Shown in pieces: positions 49,880 through 56,856 of a DNA stretch of 64,000 bases; the stretch's first letter is position 1, and each line of letters starts with the position of its first letter. Under the pieces are notes generated by a model. It was not told where the DNA came from and ran no database searches. It worked only from the letters and a program-made list of their open reading frames with translations. A program made the position numbers and the translations under genes. The stretch covers positions 32,001 to 96,000 of IMG/VR virus record IMGVR_UViG_3300037475_000032. The stretch is one strand, 5' to 3'. This DNA comes from a virus.

Positions 49880-50233
49880 ATGGTTCGTAACTGTAAGAAG
49901 CACGGAGAGGTGAGACATCGATCTCGCGGAAAGCGAGGTTGGCGTTGTACTCTCTGCGCCAACGAATCAGTCTCGAACAGTCGCAGAAAGATCAAGCGTA
50001 TCCTTGTGGAAGAACACGGAAGCGCTTGCAAGATCTGTGGCTACAATCGTTGTATCGCGGCCCTTCACTTTCATCATGTCGATCCAGAGACTAAGAGCTT
50101 TGGGGTCGCGGCAGGAGGAAGTGCAAGGTCGCTCAAGAGAGCACGCGAAGAGGCCGCCAAGTGCGTCCTTTTGTGCTCGAACTGCCACGCCGAGATAGAG
50201 GCTGGCATTACGTCCCTGTGGCCGAATGGTTAG
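49880..50233 (+). CDS. HNH homing endonuclease
   Basis: CKICGY..LHFHHVDP..KCVLLCSNCH. Confidence 0.85.
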   Translation: MVRNCKKHGEVRHRSRGKRGWRCTLCANESVSNSRRKIKRILVEEHGSACKICGYNRCIAALHFHHVDPETKSFGVAAGGSARSLKRAREEAAKCVLLCSNCHAEIEAGITSLWPNG

Positions 50234-50282
50234 GTACGCGGCTGCAACCCGTGGTATGCAGGTTCGACTCCTGTCAGGGACT
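50212..50282 (+). tRNA. tRNA-Cys(GCA)
   Basis: Cloverleaf; U73; overlaps HNH stop. Confidence 0.88.
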
Positions 50283-50326
50283 TGCAGGTAGCGGCGTCTG
50301 CCTGAGATGGCTCAACGCCGCGCTTT

Positions 50327-50412
50327 GGAAGGTGACCGGCATGGACGAGGACACCGCCTTGAAAGCGGCTGGGGACTAACCGCCCTCAAGGGTTCGATTC
50401 CCTTACCTTCCG
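50327..50412 (+). tRNA. tRNA-Ser(TGA)
   Basis: Cloverleaf. Confidence 0.85.
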
Positions 50413-50443
50413 CTCCTATCCCCGCAAAGCAAAGGATTGTATC

Positions 50444-50857
50444 TTGAGAGCAGTCATGTACCTCTTTGCCAACAAAGGGCTCGGCATGTCGTCGGGCAAG
50501 ATGTCGGCACAAGTGGCCCACGCAGCGGTCGAGGCATTTCACATCAGCGATCCCGAGTTGGTTGCTCAGTGGTACGTCGGCGGCCATTACTGCAAGTACG
50601 TGATGGCAGCGGAGGATGAAGTTCACCTTCACACCATCAAGTACTACCTGGAGCAGCGGGGCTTCAAGACGAAGCTCATTGTCGATGAGGGTCACACGGA
50701 GATCCGTCCTCATACGGCTACGGCTCTGGGTGTCGAGATCGTGGACAAGGATGACGCTCATGTCGCTGCCACGTTCGGAGACTTCAAGATCTACCGCGAT
50801 CCTCCAGTGCGTCCTAAACCGGATAAGCTGAGGCGTCGTAGGTGGTATCACTCATAG
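50444..50857 (+). CDS. pth2: Peptidyl-tRNA hydrolase, Pth2 family
   Basis: LGMSSGKMSAQVAHAAV..IVDEGHTEI..TALG. Confidence 0.88.
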   Translation: MRAVMYLFANKGLGMSSGKMSAQVAHAAVEAFHISDPELVAQWYVGGHYCKYVMAAEDEVHLHTIKYYLEQRGFKTKLIVDEGHTEIRPHTATALGVEIVDKDDAHVAATFGDFKIYRDPPVRPKPDKLRRRRWYHS

Positions 50858-50882
50858 CAGTCAAGTCAAGGAGAAAAGAACA

Positions 50883-51086
50883 GTGGCACTACTCGCAAGA
50901 CAGGACAACACCCCCCCCGCACTCGCCGCTGAGCTAGATGCTCACAAGCAGCGCTATCAGGCGGGCCGCGCATCGGTCATCGAGCGTGGGACTCAGAGGG
51001 TCGCCCAGATCAAGCACCTCCAGAAGGAGCTTGAGGCTGAGGCTTCCGCCCATCAAGCTGTGTTGGAGCAAGCACACCAGTCGTAA
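50883..51086 (+). CDS. Small coiled-coil protein
   Basis: AAGGAG RBS. Confidence 0.55.
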   Translation: MALLARQDNTPPALAAELDAHKQRYQAGRASVIERGTQRVAQIKHLQKELEAEASAHQAVLEQAHQS

Positions 51087-51104
51087 GACAGCAAGGGAGT
51101 CGTC

Positions 51105-51320
51105 GTGTTTACCGAAGACGAGATAAAGGCATTGGTCGCGCACGCTGTACACATGGCACGCACGACGACTCCTGGAAATGTCTGCAATGAGGCAGTCGTA
51201 CAGCAGGTCATGAAGGAAGAGTTCGTGCCCGGACAGGGATGGAAGTCCAAGTACTTCACATCCGATGAGCGCCCGGAGACGGACTTGATCGATCTTTGGC
51301 TCTCAGAGCCACGTATCTAG
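51105..51320 (+). CDS. Hypothetical protein
   Basis: AGGGAG RBS. Confidence 0.5.
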   Translation: MFTEDEIKALVAHAVHMARTTTPGNVCNEAVVQQVMKEEFVPGQGWKSKYFTSDERPETDLIDLWLSEPRI

Positions 51321-51407
51321 GAAGGTACGCGAATGGTTAGCACGCTGCTTGGAAAGCAGTTGGTCGTTTAAACGCACGGCTTGTGGGTTCGAGTCCCATG
51401 CCTTCCG
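51320..51407 (+). tRNA. tRNA-Ser(GGA)
   Basis: Cloverleaf. Confidence 0.85.
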
Positions 51408-51411
51408 CTCT

Positions 51412-51496
51412 GGATAGTACGCGAATGGAAAGCAGCCTGCCTCGAAAACAGGTGTAGGGTGAAAGTCCTTTCTGGGTTCGAGTCCCAGGCTATCCG
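51412..51496 (+). tRNA. tRNA-Ser(CGA)
   Basis: Cloverleaf. Confidence 0.85.
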
Positions 51497-51499
51497 TAA

Positions 51500-51571
51500 G
51501 GCGATTTAGCTCACTGGTAGAGCGGCACGCTGAAAACGTGCGCGTACCGAGTTCGATTCTCGGAATCGCCA
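51500..51571 (+). tRNA. tRNA-Phe(GAA)
   Basis: Cloverleaf. Confidence 0.9.
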
Positions 51572-51594
51572 TCCATCCTGGTCCATAATAGGTG

Positions 51595-52077
51595 ATGCAA
51601 CCAGGAGATTTCATCCTTTGTCACCGTAAGGGGATCGTCAGCAGTATCATCCGTCTTGGTGAGCGCATACGCTTCCGTTCGGGTGACAGATGGTCCCACG
51701 TCGCCATCGTGGAGAACGATGAATGGATCATCGAGGCTCTGACGAAAGGCGTAGTGCGTTCACACATCTCAGTCTATGACAAGACCGAGAAGCTGCTTGT
51801 CAGCAGCGGCCTAGATGAGCACGACCGCCCGCAGGCTGTCGCCTTCGCTCAAAGCTGTGTGGGGCAGAAATACGGATGGCTCATCATCTTCGGAATCGCT
51901 CTGCGCTTCCTCACTCCGGGTCGAGGTCTTTGGTTCGGCTCAGATGGCAGTGAGATTTGCAGTGGCCTTGTGGCCCAGGCGTTGGTGCGTGGCCCGAAGA
52001 TCTTCAAGGTCAACCCTGCTAGCATCACTCCAGCGGAGTTGGCGGAAGAATACGCTGTACCGCACAAGAGCAAGTAG
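51595..52077 (+). CDS. Permuted papain-like NlpC/P60 (YiiX/YebB family) enzyme
   Basis: QPGDFIL..WSHVAI..IIEA..GQKY..ICSGLV. Confidence 0.8.
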   Translation: MQPGDFILCHRKGIVSSIIRLGERIRFRSGDRWSHVAIVENDEWIIEALTKGVVRSHISVYDKTEKLLVSSGLDEHDRPQAVAFAQSCVGQKYGWLIIFGIALRFLTPGRGLWFGSDGSEICSGLVAQALVRGPKIFKVNPASITPAELAEEYAVPHKSK

Positions 52078-52150
52078 GGGTTGGTAGCTCAACTGGCAGA
52101 GCAGGGGCCTCTTAAGCCCAAGGTTGAGGGTTCGATTCCCTCCCAACCCA
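52078..52150 (+). tRNA. tRNA-Lys(CTT)
   Basis: Cloverleaf. Confidence 0.88.
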
Positions 52151-52155
52151 CTCAT

Positions 52156-52227
52156 AGGAACATGGTGAAATGGTAATCACGACTCTCTGATACGGAGTTA
52201 TTCTGGGTTCGATTCCCAGTGTTCCTA
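52156..52227 (+). tRNA. tRNA-Ile(GAT)
   Basis: Cloverleaf. Confidence 0.88.
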
Positions 52228-52233
52228 CTGCAT

Positions 52234-52304
52234 GGCCCGGTCGTCCATGGGTAGGACCGTTGTTTCTCAGGCAACAAAACAGGGTTCGAGTCCCTGTCGG
52301 GCTA
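52234..52304 (+). tRNA. tRNA-Glu(CTC)
   Basis: Cloverleaf. Confidence 0.85.
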
Positions 52305-52462
52305 CTACTAATCAACCTCCTTGGAGGTAGATACAGGTCGGAGGTTCAGGTTGTCGCGCGCAGCCATCACGATCTCTGACCGGCCCGTGGATTCCCGTAT
52401 GAGGTGAGGTAAAATCTCACTGTGCCGTAACGGGATGGTGGAGGAAGCGACGGCGATTACGA

Positions 52463-52536
52463 CGCGGAGTGGAGCAGTCTGGAAGCTCGCTTGGCCCATA
52501 ACCAAGAGGTCGGGGGTTCGAATCCCTCCTCCGCTA
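52463..52536 (+). tRNA. tRNA-fMet(CAT)
   Basis: CGCGGAG start; C1 mismatch; GGAGCAG D-arm. Confidence 0.88.
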
Positions 52537-52600
52537 TACGGATGAAAACATGCACATGTACCCACTTCATGTGTACGTTTTCCTCCAATGATGTGTACAT

Positions 52601-52674
52601 TGCTCGTTAGGGGAATTGGCAGACCCGCTCGGCTCTGAACCGAGAGTATCCAGGTTCGACCCCTGGACGAGCAG
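52601..52674 (+). tRNA. tRNA-Gln(CTG)
   Basis: Cloverleaf; U1-A72. Confidence 0.88.
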
Positions 52675-52680
52675 CTTCTT

Positions 52681-52752
52681 TCCGGGATCGTACAATCGGC
52701 AGTACGGCGGACTCTGAATCCGCAAATCGAGGTTCGAGCCCTTGTCCCGGAG
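52681..52752 (+). tRNA. tRNA-Gln(CTG), second copy
   Basis: Cloverleaf. Confidence 0.88.
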
Positions 52753-52847
52753 CTAATACAGCGTCACCGTTGGGTGACCGGAGGTCCGTCAGATGGCGGC
52801 CGTACGGGTGAGCGCTACCGCTTTCGGGTGAGAGTCCCGACTTACAT

Positions 52848-52942
52848 GCGTCTGTAGCTGAATGGTAGAGTCGGCCTCAAAAACCGGCCACAGCACTGGG
52901 TTTTCACCCCAGCGGATGCGGGTTCAAGTCCCGTCAGGCGCA
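52848..52942 (+). tRNA. Atypical 95-nt tRNA, probably Glu(TTC) with a D-loop insertion
   Basis: Acceptor and T arms canonical; two anticodon-like arms. Confidence 0.65.
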
Positions 52943-52947
52943 CTCAT

Positions 52948-53022
52948 TGGGGAATAGAATATGCTGGTATGTTCGCCTGACTTTGAATCAGGAGGCCGTG
53001 GGTTCGATTCCTACTTCCCCAG
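52948..53022 (+). tRNA. tRNA-Gln(TTG)
   Basis: Cloverleaf. Confidence 0.88.
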
Positions 53023-53026
53023 CTTT

Positions 53027-53129
53027 GCCCTTGTGGCGGAATCGGCATACGCATCCGGCTTAAACCCGGCCACGCGAGCTTCCTCTCAACAAGGTCTCGC
53101 ACTTGAGGGTTCGACTCCCTCCAAGGGCA
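53027..53129 (+). tRNA. tRNA-Leu(TAA) with extended variable arm (103 nt)
   Basis: Cloverleaf. Confidence 0.8.
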
Positions 53130-53207
53130 CTTCGCCCCAGATCCGCCTCTGCTCGATACTGCGACGGCAGTGAGTATGCGCCTGGGGCCACGAATGTAGT
53201 GAACCAT

Positions 53208-53280
53208 GGCGTGGTTCGTATATCGGTCAATACTCCAGGTTGTGAACCTGGCAAGATGGGTTCGATTCCCATACCTCGCC
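53208..53280 (+). tRNA. tRNA-His(GTG) with G-1
   Basis: Cloverleaf; C73. Confidence 0.85.
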
Positions 53281-53282
53281 CT

Positions 53283-53356
53283 GTGAGCGATCCCGAAGTG
53301 GTCGAGGGTCCGGGTTGTGATTCCGGCGTAGGCGAGTTCGAGTCTCGTCGCTCACC
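53283..53356 (+). tRNA. tRNA-His(GTG), second copy
   Basis: Cloverleaf; C73; no encoded G-1. Confidence 0.82.
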
Positions 53357-53388
53357 CTTTTCTTCGTGCTCCTCATCCGTAATGGATG

Positions 53389-53724
53389 ATGTTCCGCAAA
53401 GGCAATACGGTCCCACTCAGAGAGTACTTCGAGGCTCTACGTGTTGCCGACCAACGAGCCCTCCAGATCAAGGAGGTAGCGGACAAGGATGCACTCAGGC
53501 TGGCTCGTGAGATCCAGACGTACAAGGACGAGAAGGCTAACGAGCTACGCAGTCAGATCGAGCGAGAACAAGGCGAACGTGCCACCAAGAAGGAACTGCA
53601 AGATCTGGCAGACCGCATCCAGGAGGAACGCCACACGGGCGGTCTCGATACACGCACATTGGTCGTTAGCATAGTCCTGATTCTTGTGGGTATAGCTGCG
53701 ATCATCGGGCCACATATTCACTAA
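53389..53724 (+). CDS. Coiled-coil protein with C-terminal TM helix (possible lysis accessory)
   Basis: Hydrophobic C terminus; late motif at start. Confidence 0.6.
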   Translation: MFRKGNTVPLREYFEALRVADQRALQIKEVADKDALRLAREIQTYKDEKANELRSQIEREQGERATKKELQDLADRIQEERHTGGLDTRTLVVSIVLILVGIAAIIGPHIH

Positions 53725-53728
53725 CTTT

Positions 53729-53802
53729 GCTCCTCTGGTGTAACGGTTAGCACAACTGGTCTTATAAGCAGTCAGGTCGGGGTTCAAATCCTCGGGGGAG
53801 TA
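53729..53802 (+). tRNA. tRNA-Ile(TAT), irregular anticodon stem
   Basis: Cloverleaf; ACTG-GT-CTTATAA-G-CAGT. Confidence 0.7.
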
Positions 53803-53814
53803 CTTGCAGCATAC

Positions 53815-53889
53815 GGGTGTGTACCAAATGTTGGCTTTGGAACTGGCTCTTAACCAGAGTACACGCAGGTTCGATTCCTGTCACGCCCA
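53815..53889 (+). tRNA. tRNA-Lys(CTT), second divergent copy
   Basis: Cloverleaf. Confidence 0.75.
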
Positions 53890-53935
53890 TGGGTGGTCCG
53901 CGAGGACATTGCGGGTTCGAGTCCCGTCATGGACA
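53890..53935 (+). pseudogene. 3' half of a Leu-type tRNA (variable arm, T-arm, acceptor strand)
   Basis: GTCC-GCGA-GGAC; GCGGG-TTCGAGT-CCCGT; CATGGAC-A. Confidence 0.65.
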
Positions 53936-54033
53936 CAACGCCGTTACCTGTGTGTACAGCAGGTGCGCTCGATTCTAGATAGAGCGAGGCCAAGTGCTCG
54001 TGTATGCTAACTGGTAAAGCAGCCCTAACGCTT

Positions 54034-54108
54034 GTCGCCATCGTCTAGCCTGGTTCAGGACGCGGCCCTCTCACGGCCGAAACACGGGTTCAAATCCCGT
54101 TGGCGGTA
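54034..54108 (+). tRNA. tRNA-Glu(CTC), second copy
   Basis: Cloverleaf. Confidence 0.88.
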
Positions 54109-54135
54109 CTTGCTCAGATGTGGTATCCTACCGCC

Positions 54136-54771
54136 ATGAGTCGCGCTAGACCATGGAGGGATCAGGAGACCGGACAAACCCACTGGTTTGACTACCGTTC
54201 TTCCTCCGCCACAGTCGAGCAACTTGAGATCTTGGCCGATGCAGAGGGTCTTGATCTTGACGACCTACTTGACGAGGGCCTGTCGCAAAGGCAGGTGTTG
54301 TTTCGGCTACATGCCGTCACTAACCTCATCCCGGAGAGAGTCCTGGAGCGCAGGCAAGAACGCCTCGAACGCTCCCAGGTCGAACCGATCTGCCGGATAT
54401 GCAGCTTGTACGGATGGGAGTGCGAGGGTAAGATCACTCGTCACCATTTCGTGCCAAGGTGGCTCATGCGAGAGCTTGATAGCTACCAGACCTACGCCGC
54501 GAAGGCGAGGTGTACCATCCCCGTGTGTGTCGGTCGCCACCGCGATCTTCACTACAGGGAAAGTGATATTGACAAGAGCATCGTTCCGTACCTAACGGCT
54601 GAGGAGAAGGAGCTAGCACGCATCCTACTCCAAGAGCTAAAGGACGAGCGTCCAACGATCTACGAGTTGATCGGCGGCGGAAGTACTGCGAGCTACGAGT
54701 ACCAGCTTGTCCGAGACTTTAGGCGAGGAGGTTTCGAGTCAGTGACACATGGAGAAATTGAAGGTCCATAG
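54136..54771 (+). CDS. HNH-like endonuclease
   Basis: CRIC..TRHHFVPR..IPVC..HRDLH; TGgTATCCT 6 nt before ATG. Confidence 0.65.
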   Translation: MSRARPWRDQETGQTHWFDYRSSSATVEQLEILADAEGLDLDDLLDEGLSQRQVLFRLHAVTNLIPERVLERRQERLERSQVEPICRICSLYGWECEGKITRHHFVPRWLMRELDSYQTYAAKARCTIPVCVGRHRDLHYRESDIDKSIVPYLTAEEKELARILLQELKDERPTIYELIGGGSTASYEYQLVRDFRRGGFESVTHGEIEGP

Positions 54772-54811
54772 CCTTACGCCGTGAGTGAGGGCGAAAATAC
54801 TCACTCAGCTA

Positions 54812-54884
54812 CTCCTCGTGGTCCAGTGGATAAGACGCTGCCCTGCGAAGGCGGAGATCGGAGGTTCGAGTCCTCCCGAGGAGA
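54812..54884 (+). tRNA. tRNA-Arg(GCG)
   Basis: Cloverleaf; CTGCC-CT-GCG-AA-GGCGG. Confidence 0.85.
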
Positions 54885-54973
54885 CTAGATGCGGTGGCCC
54901 AAGTGAGAGGCAGCCCGACAAGGGAAGAGTTGCCGGAATCCAAACCCGGCTCGCATCTGCTATTGTAGTTCTT

Positions 54974-55047
54974 GCCCATATCGCCTAACGGACATGGCAC
55001 CAGTCTTCGAAACTGGCACAATCCGGGTTCGACTCCCGGTGTGGGCG
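54974..55047 (+). tRNA. tRNA-Arg(TCG)
   Basis: Cloverleaf. Confidence 0.88.
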
Positions 55048-55302
55048 CTAGGAAGGTAGCTCCTTCCCAGAGGGACGAGAGAAGTCCGCGACAACCAAGA
55101 TGGACTGTGAGGGAGTTGCGGGGTAAGGTTCGCTACCGGCTTACATCTGGGCTATTCAGTCAACGCACCAGAGGGCCAAAGGGTAGGTCCCATCTCTTCG
55201 TTCCTTGTCTTTAGGCTCCTGCCGCTGACCTGAAAAGGCGGGAGTAGGTCAGAAGGCCCACGGTGCGCTACCAGCACTGCGATGTTCGCCCGTGGGACCC
55301 TT

Positions 55303-55374
55303 GGGGTAGTCGTATAACGGCGATTACAGCAGCTTGCCATGTTGCAGACGGGGGTTCGACTCCCCTCTACCCCT
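55303..55374 (+). tRNA. tRNA-Gly(GCC)
   Basis: Cloverleaf; U73. Confidence 0.85.
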
Positions 55375-55498
55375 CTTCGCCGCAGGCGATGGTGAGCGCA
55401 GTCAGGAGTGAGCACGCAGCAGCAAGTTAGTACGGTACAGTACGGTTGGGGACTCATAAACCCTATACTTGCGGCGCACGTCCGCACGTACTAATCAC

Positions 55499-55572
55499 GC
55501 ACTTGTAGCTCAGATGGTAAGAGCACTGGCTTGAAACCCCAGGTGTCGGAGAGTCGAAACCTCCCAAGTGCA
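55499..55572 (+). tRNA. tRNA-Phe(GAA), second copy with degenerate T-arm
   Basis: Acceptor and D arms perfect; T-loop GTCGAAA. Confidence 0.65.
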
Positions 55573-55863
55573 TGTAGTAGACGGCCGCTGTCCCTAGACT
55601 GGGGATAGAGGAAGTTCGGGACATCCTGGCCTGGGAAACTGGGTCGCTTCCGTAACCAGGAGGCATAGACAACTGACGTGTGGCGGGAGCCCTTGGCGCT
55701 TGAACCGAGCACGGTTGGTGAGGATGCAATCTCAAGCAGCGAAACCTAAGGGCTCTGCCTATGGTCATAGCGGGTTGGGAGCAGCGTGGGGATAACACCC
55801 TATACGCCACGCGCGAGCGTGAGAAAGATGGTCGTCCTAGACAGAATCCCGGCTACAGCTACA
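55573..55863 (+). ncRNA. rnpB: RNase P RNA (catalytic subunit), reduced S-domain
   Basis: CR-I GAGGAAGTTCGGGA (55608); CR-IV AGAAAGATG; CR-V ACAGAATCCCGGCTA (55841); P1-P5, P15 and P18(GCGA) all pair. Confidence 0.85.
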
Positions 55864-55867
55864 GTAT

Positions 55868-55939
55868 GCCTGCTAAGCATAAATGGTGATGCACTGGTCT
55901 TGTAAACCAGATAACTGGGTTCGATTCCCAGAGTAGGCT
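55868..55939 (+). tRNA. tRNA-Thr(TGT)
   Basis: Cloverleaf. Confidence 0.88.
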
Positions 55940-55968
55940 TCTCGCTCCATCCCTCGACTTAAGAGGTG

Positions 55969-56457
55969 ATGAGTGACTTTCGTGTGATCCAAGGATGCCC
56001 GTGTAACCCTACACTGGCCCCGTACATCGCCATGGTCTCTGAGGAGATCAACGGTGTCGTCAACAGTATCTATCGTGGTGCTGATGCCGAGTCGATCCTT
56101 CGAGCACACGGACACCAGAGTCAGGCCCAACTCTACAACGGTTGGATTCACAGGTTGCCGGGATACCTTCCCGCTAACCCTCCTGGCCGAAGCACTCACG
56201 AGCTTCGCTCCGATGGAGTCGCTTACGCGGGTCCGGTAGGTCGCAAGCTCGATTGGTGGCAGCAGGGCTTCGACGTGAATGACGATCAGGTCAATCACTG
56301 GAAGTCCGCAGCACGCAGCCATGGATGGGTACTCTTTCAGCCGTACAACAGCGGCTCCGAGTTCCACCACCTCAACTTCCATCAGCCTCCGCATCCGCCG
56401 AGTCTGAGAACGAGATTGAGGATCATCAAGTTGCGAGCGACGCTGCCACGTCACTAA
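55969..56457 (+). CDS. M15-family Zn peptidase (endolysin-type)
   Basis: SIYRG..QAQLY..ANPPGRSTHE..GFDV..SEFHHL. Confidence 0.7.
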   Translation: MSDFRVIQGCPCNPTLAPYIAMVSEEINGVVNSIYRGADAESILRAHGHQSQAQLYNGWIHRLPGYLPANPPGRSTHELRSDGVAYAGPVGRKLDWWQQGFDVNDDQVNHWKSAARSHGWVLFQPYNSGSEFHHLNFHQPPHPPSLRTRLRIIKLRATLPRH

Positions 56458-56461
56458 TCAT

Positions 56462-56533
56462 GGGGGATTAGTGCTAATGGGAACACGCTGCCCTTGCAAG
56501 GCAGAGTTACGGGTTCGACTCCCGTATCCTCCA
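56462..56533 (+). tRNA. tRNA-Ala(TGC)
   Basis: Cloverleaf; G3:U70. Confidence 0.9.
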
Positions 56534-56535
56534 CT

Positions 56536-56603
56536 GCGCACGTAGTCTAAGTAGGACGCCCGCCATGAGGCGGGTAGTGCAGGTCCGACCCCTGCCGTGT
56601 GCT
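56536..56603 (+). ncRNA. tRNA-Gly-like RNA lacking a canonical anticodon loop
   Basis: All stems pair; anticodon arm CCCGCC-ATGA-GGCGGG. Confidence 0.65.
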
Positions 56604-56607
56604 CTAT

Positions 56608-56678
56608 GCGGGTATGGTCTAATGGTATGACAAGTGCCTTCCAAGCTCTTGATGCCGGTTCGATTCCGGCTATCCGCT
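56608..56678 (+). tRNA. tRNA-Gly(TCC)
   Basis: Cloverleaf. Confidence 0.88.
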
Positions 56679-56784
56679 CTCTGTGAGCCCCAGACGCGCC
56701 ATCCGTGCGGGAATAGACGGCCGTCACCAATACCGGAATGTGTCTCGGGTGTAAACGACCATGAACACGGCGCTCATAGTACCC

Positions 56785-56856
56785 GGTTCCATAGTGAAAC
56801 GGCCATCACGCTAGCCTGTCACGCTGGAGGTAGGGGTTCGATTCCCCTTGGGACCG
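56785..56856 (+). tRNA. tRNA-Asp(GTC), second copy
   Basis: Cloverleaf. Confidence 0.88.

Noticed and set aside
55074-55092. GAGAGAAGTCCG as CR-I of a second RNase P RNA
   Set aside because: No convincing P2, CR-IV or CR-V context; it folds as a local GGAC/GTCC hairpin.
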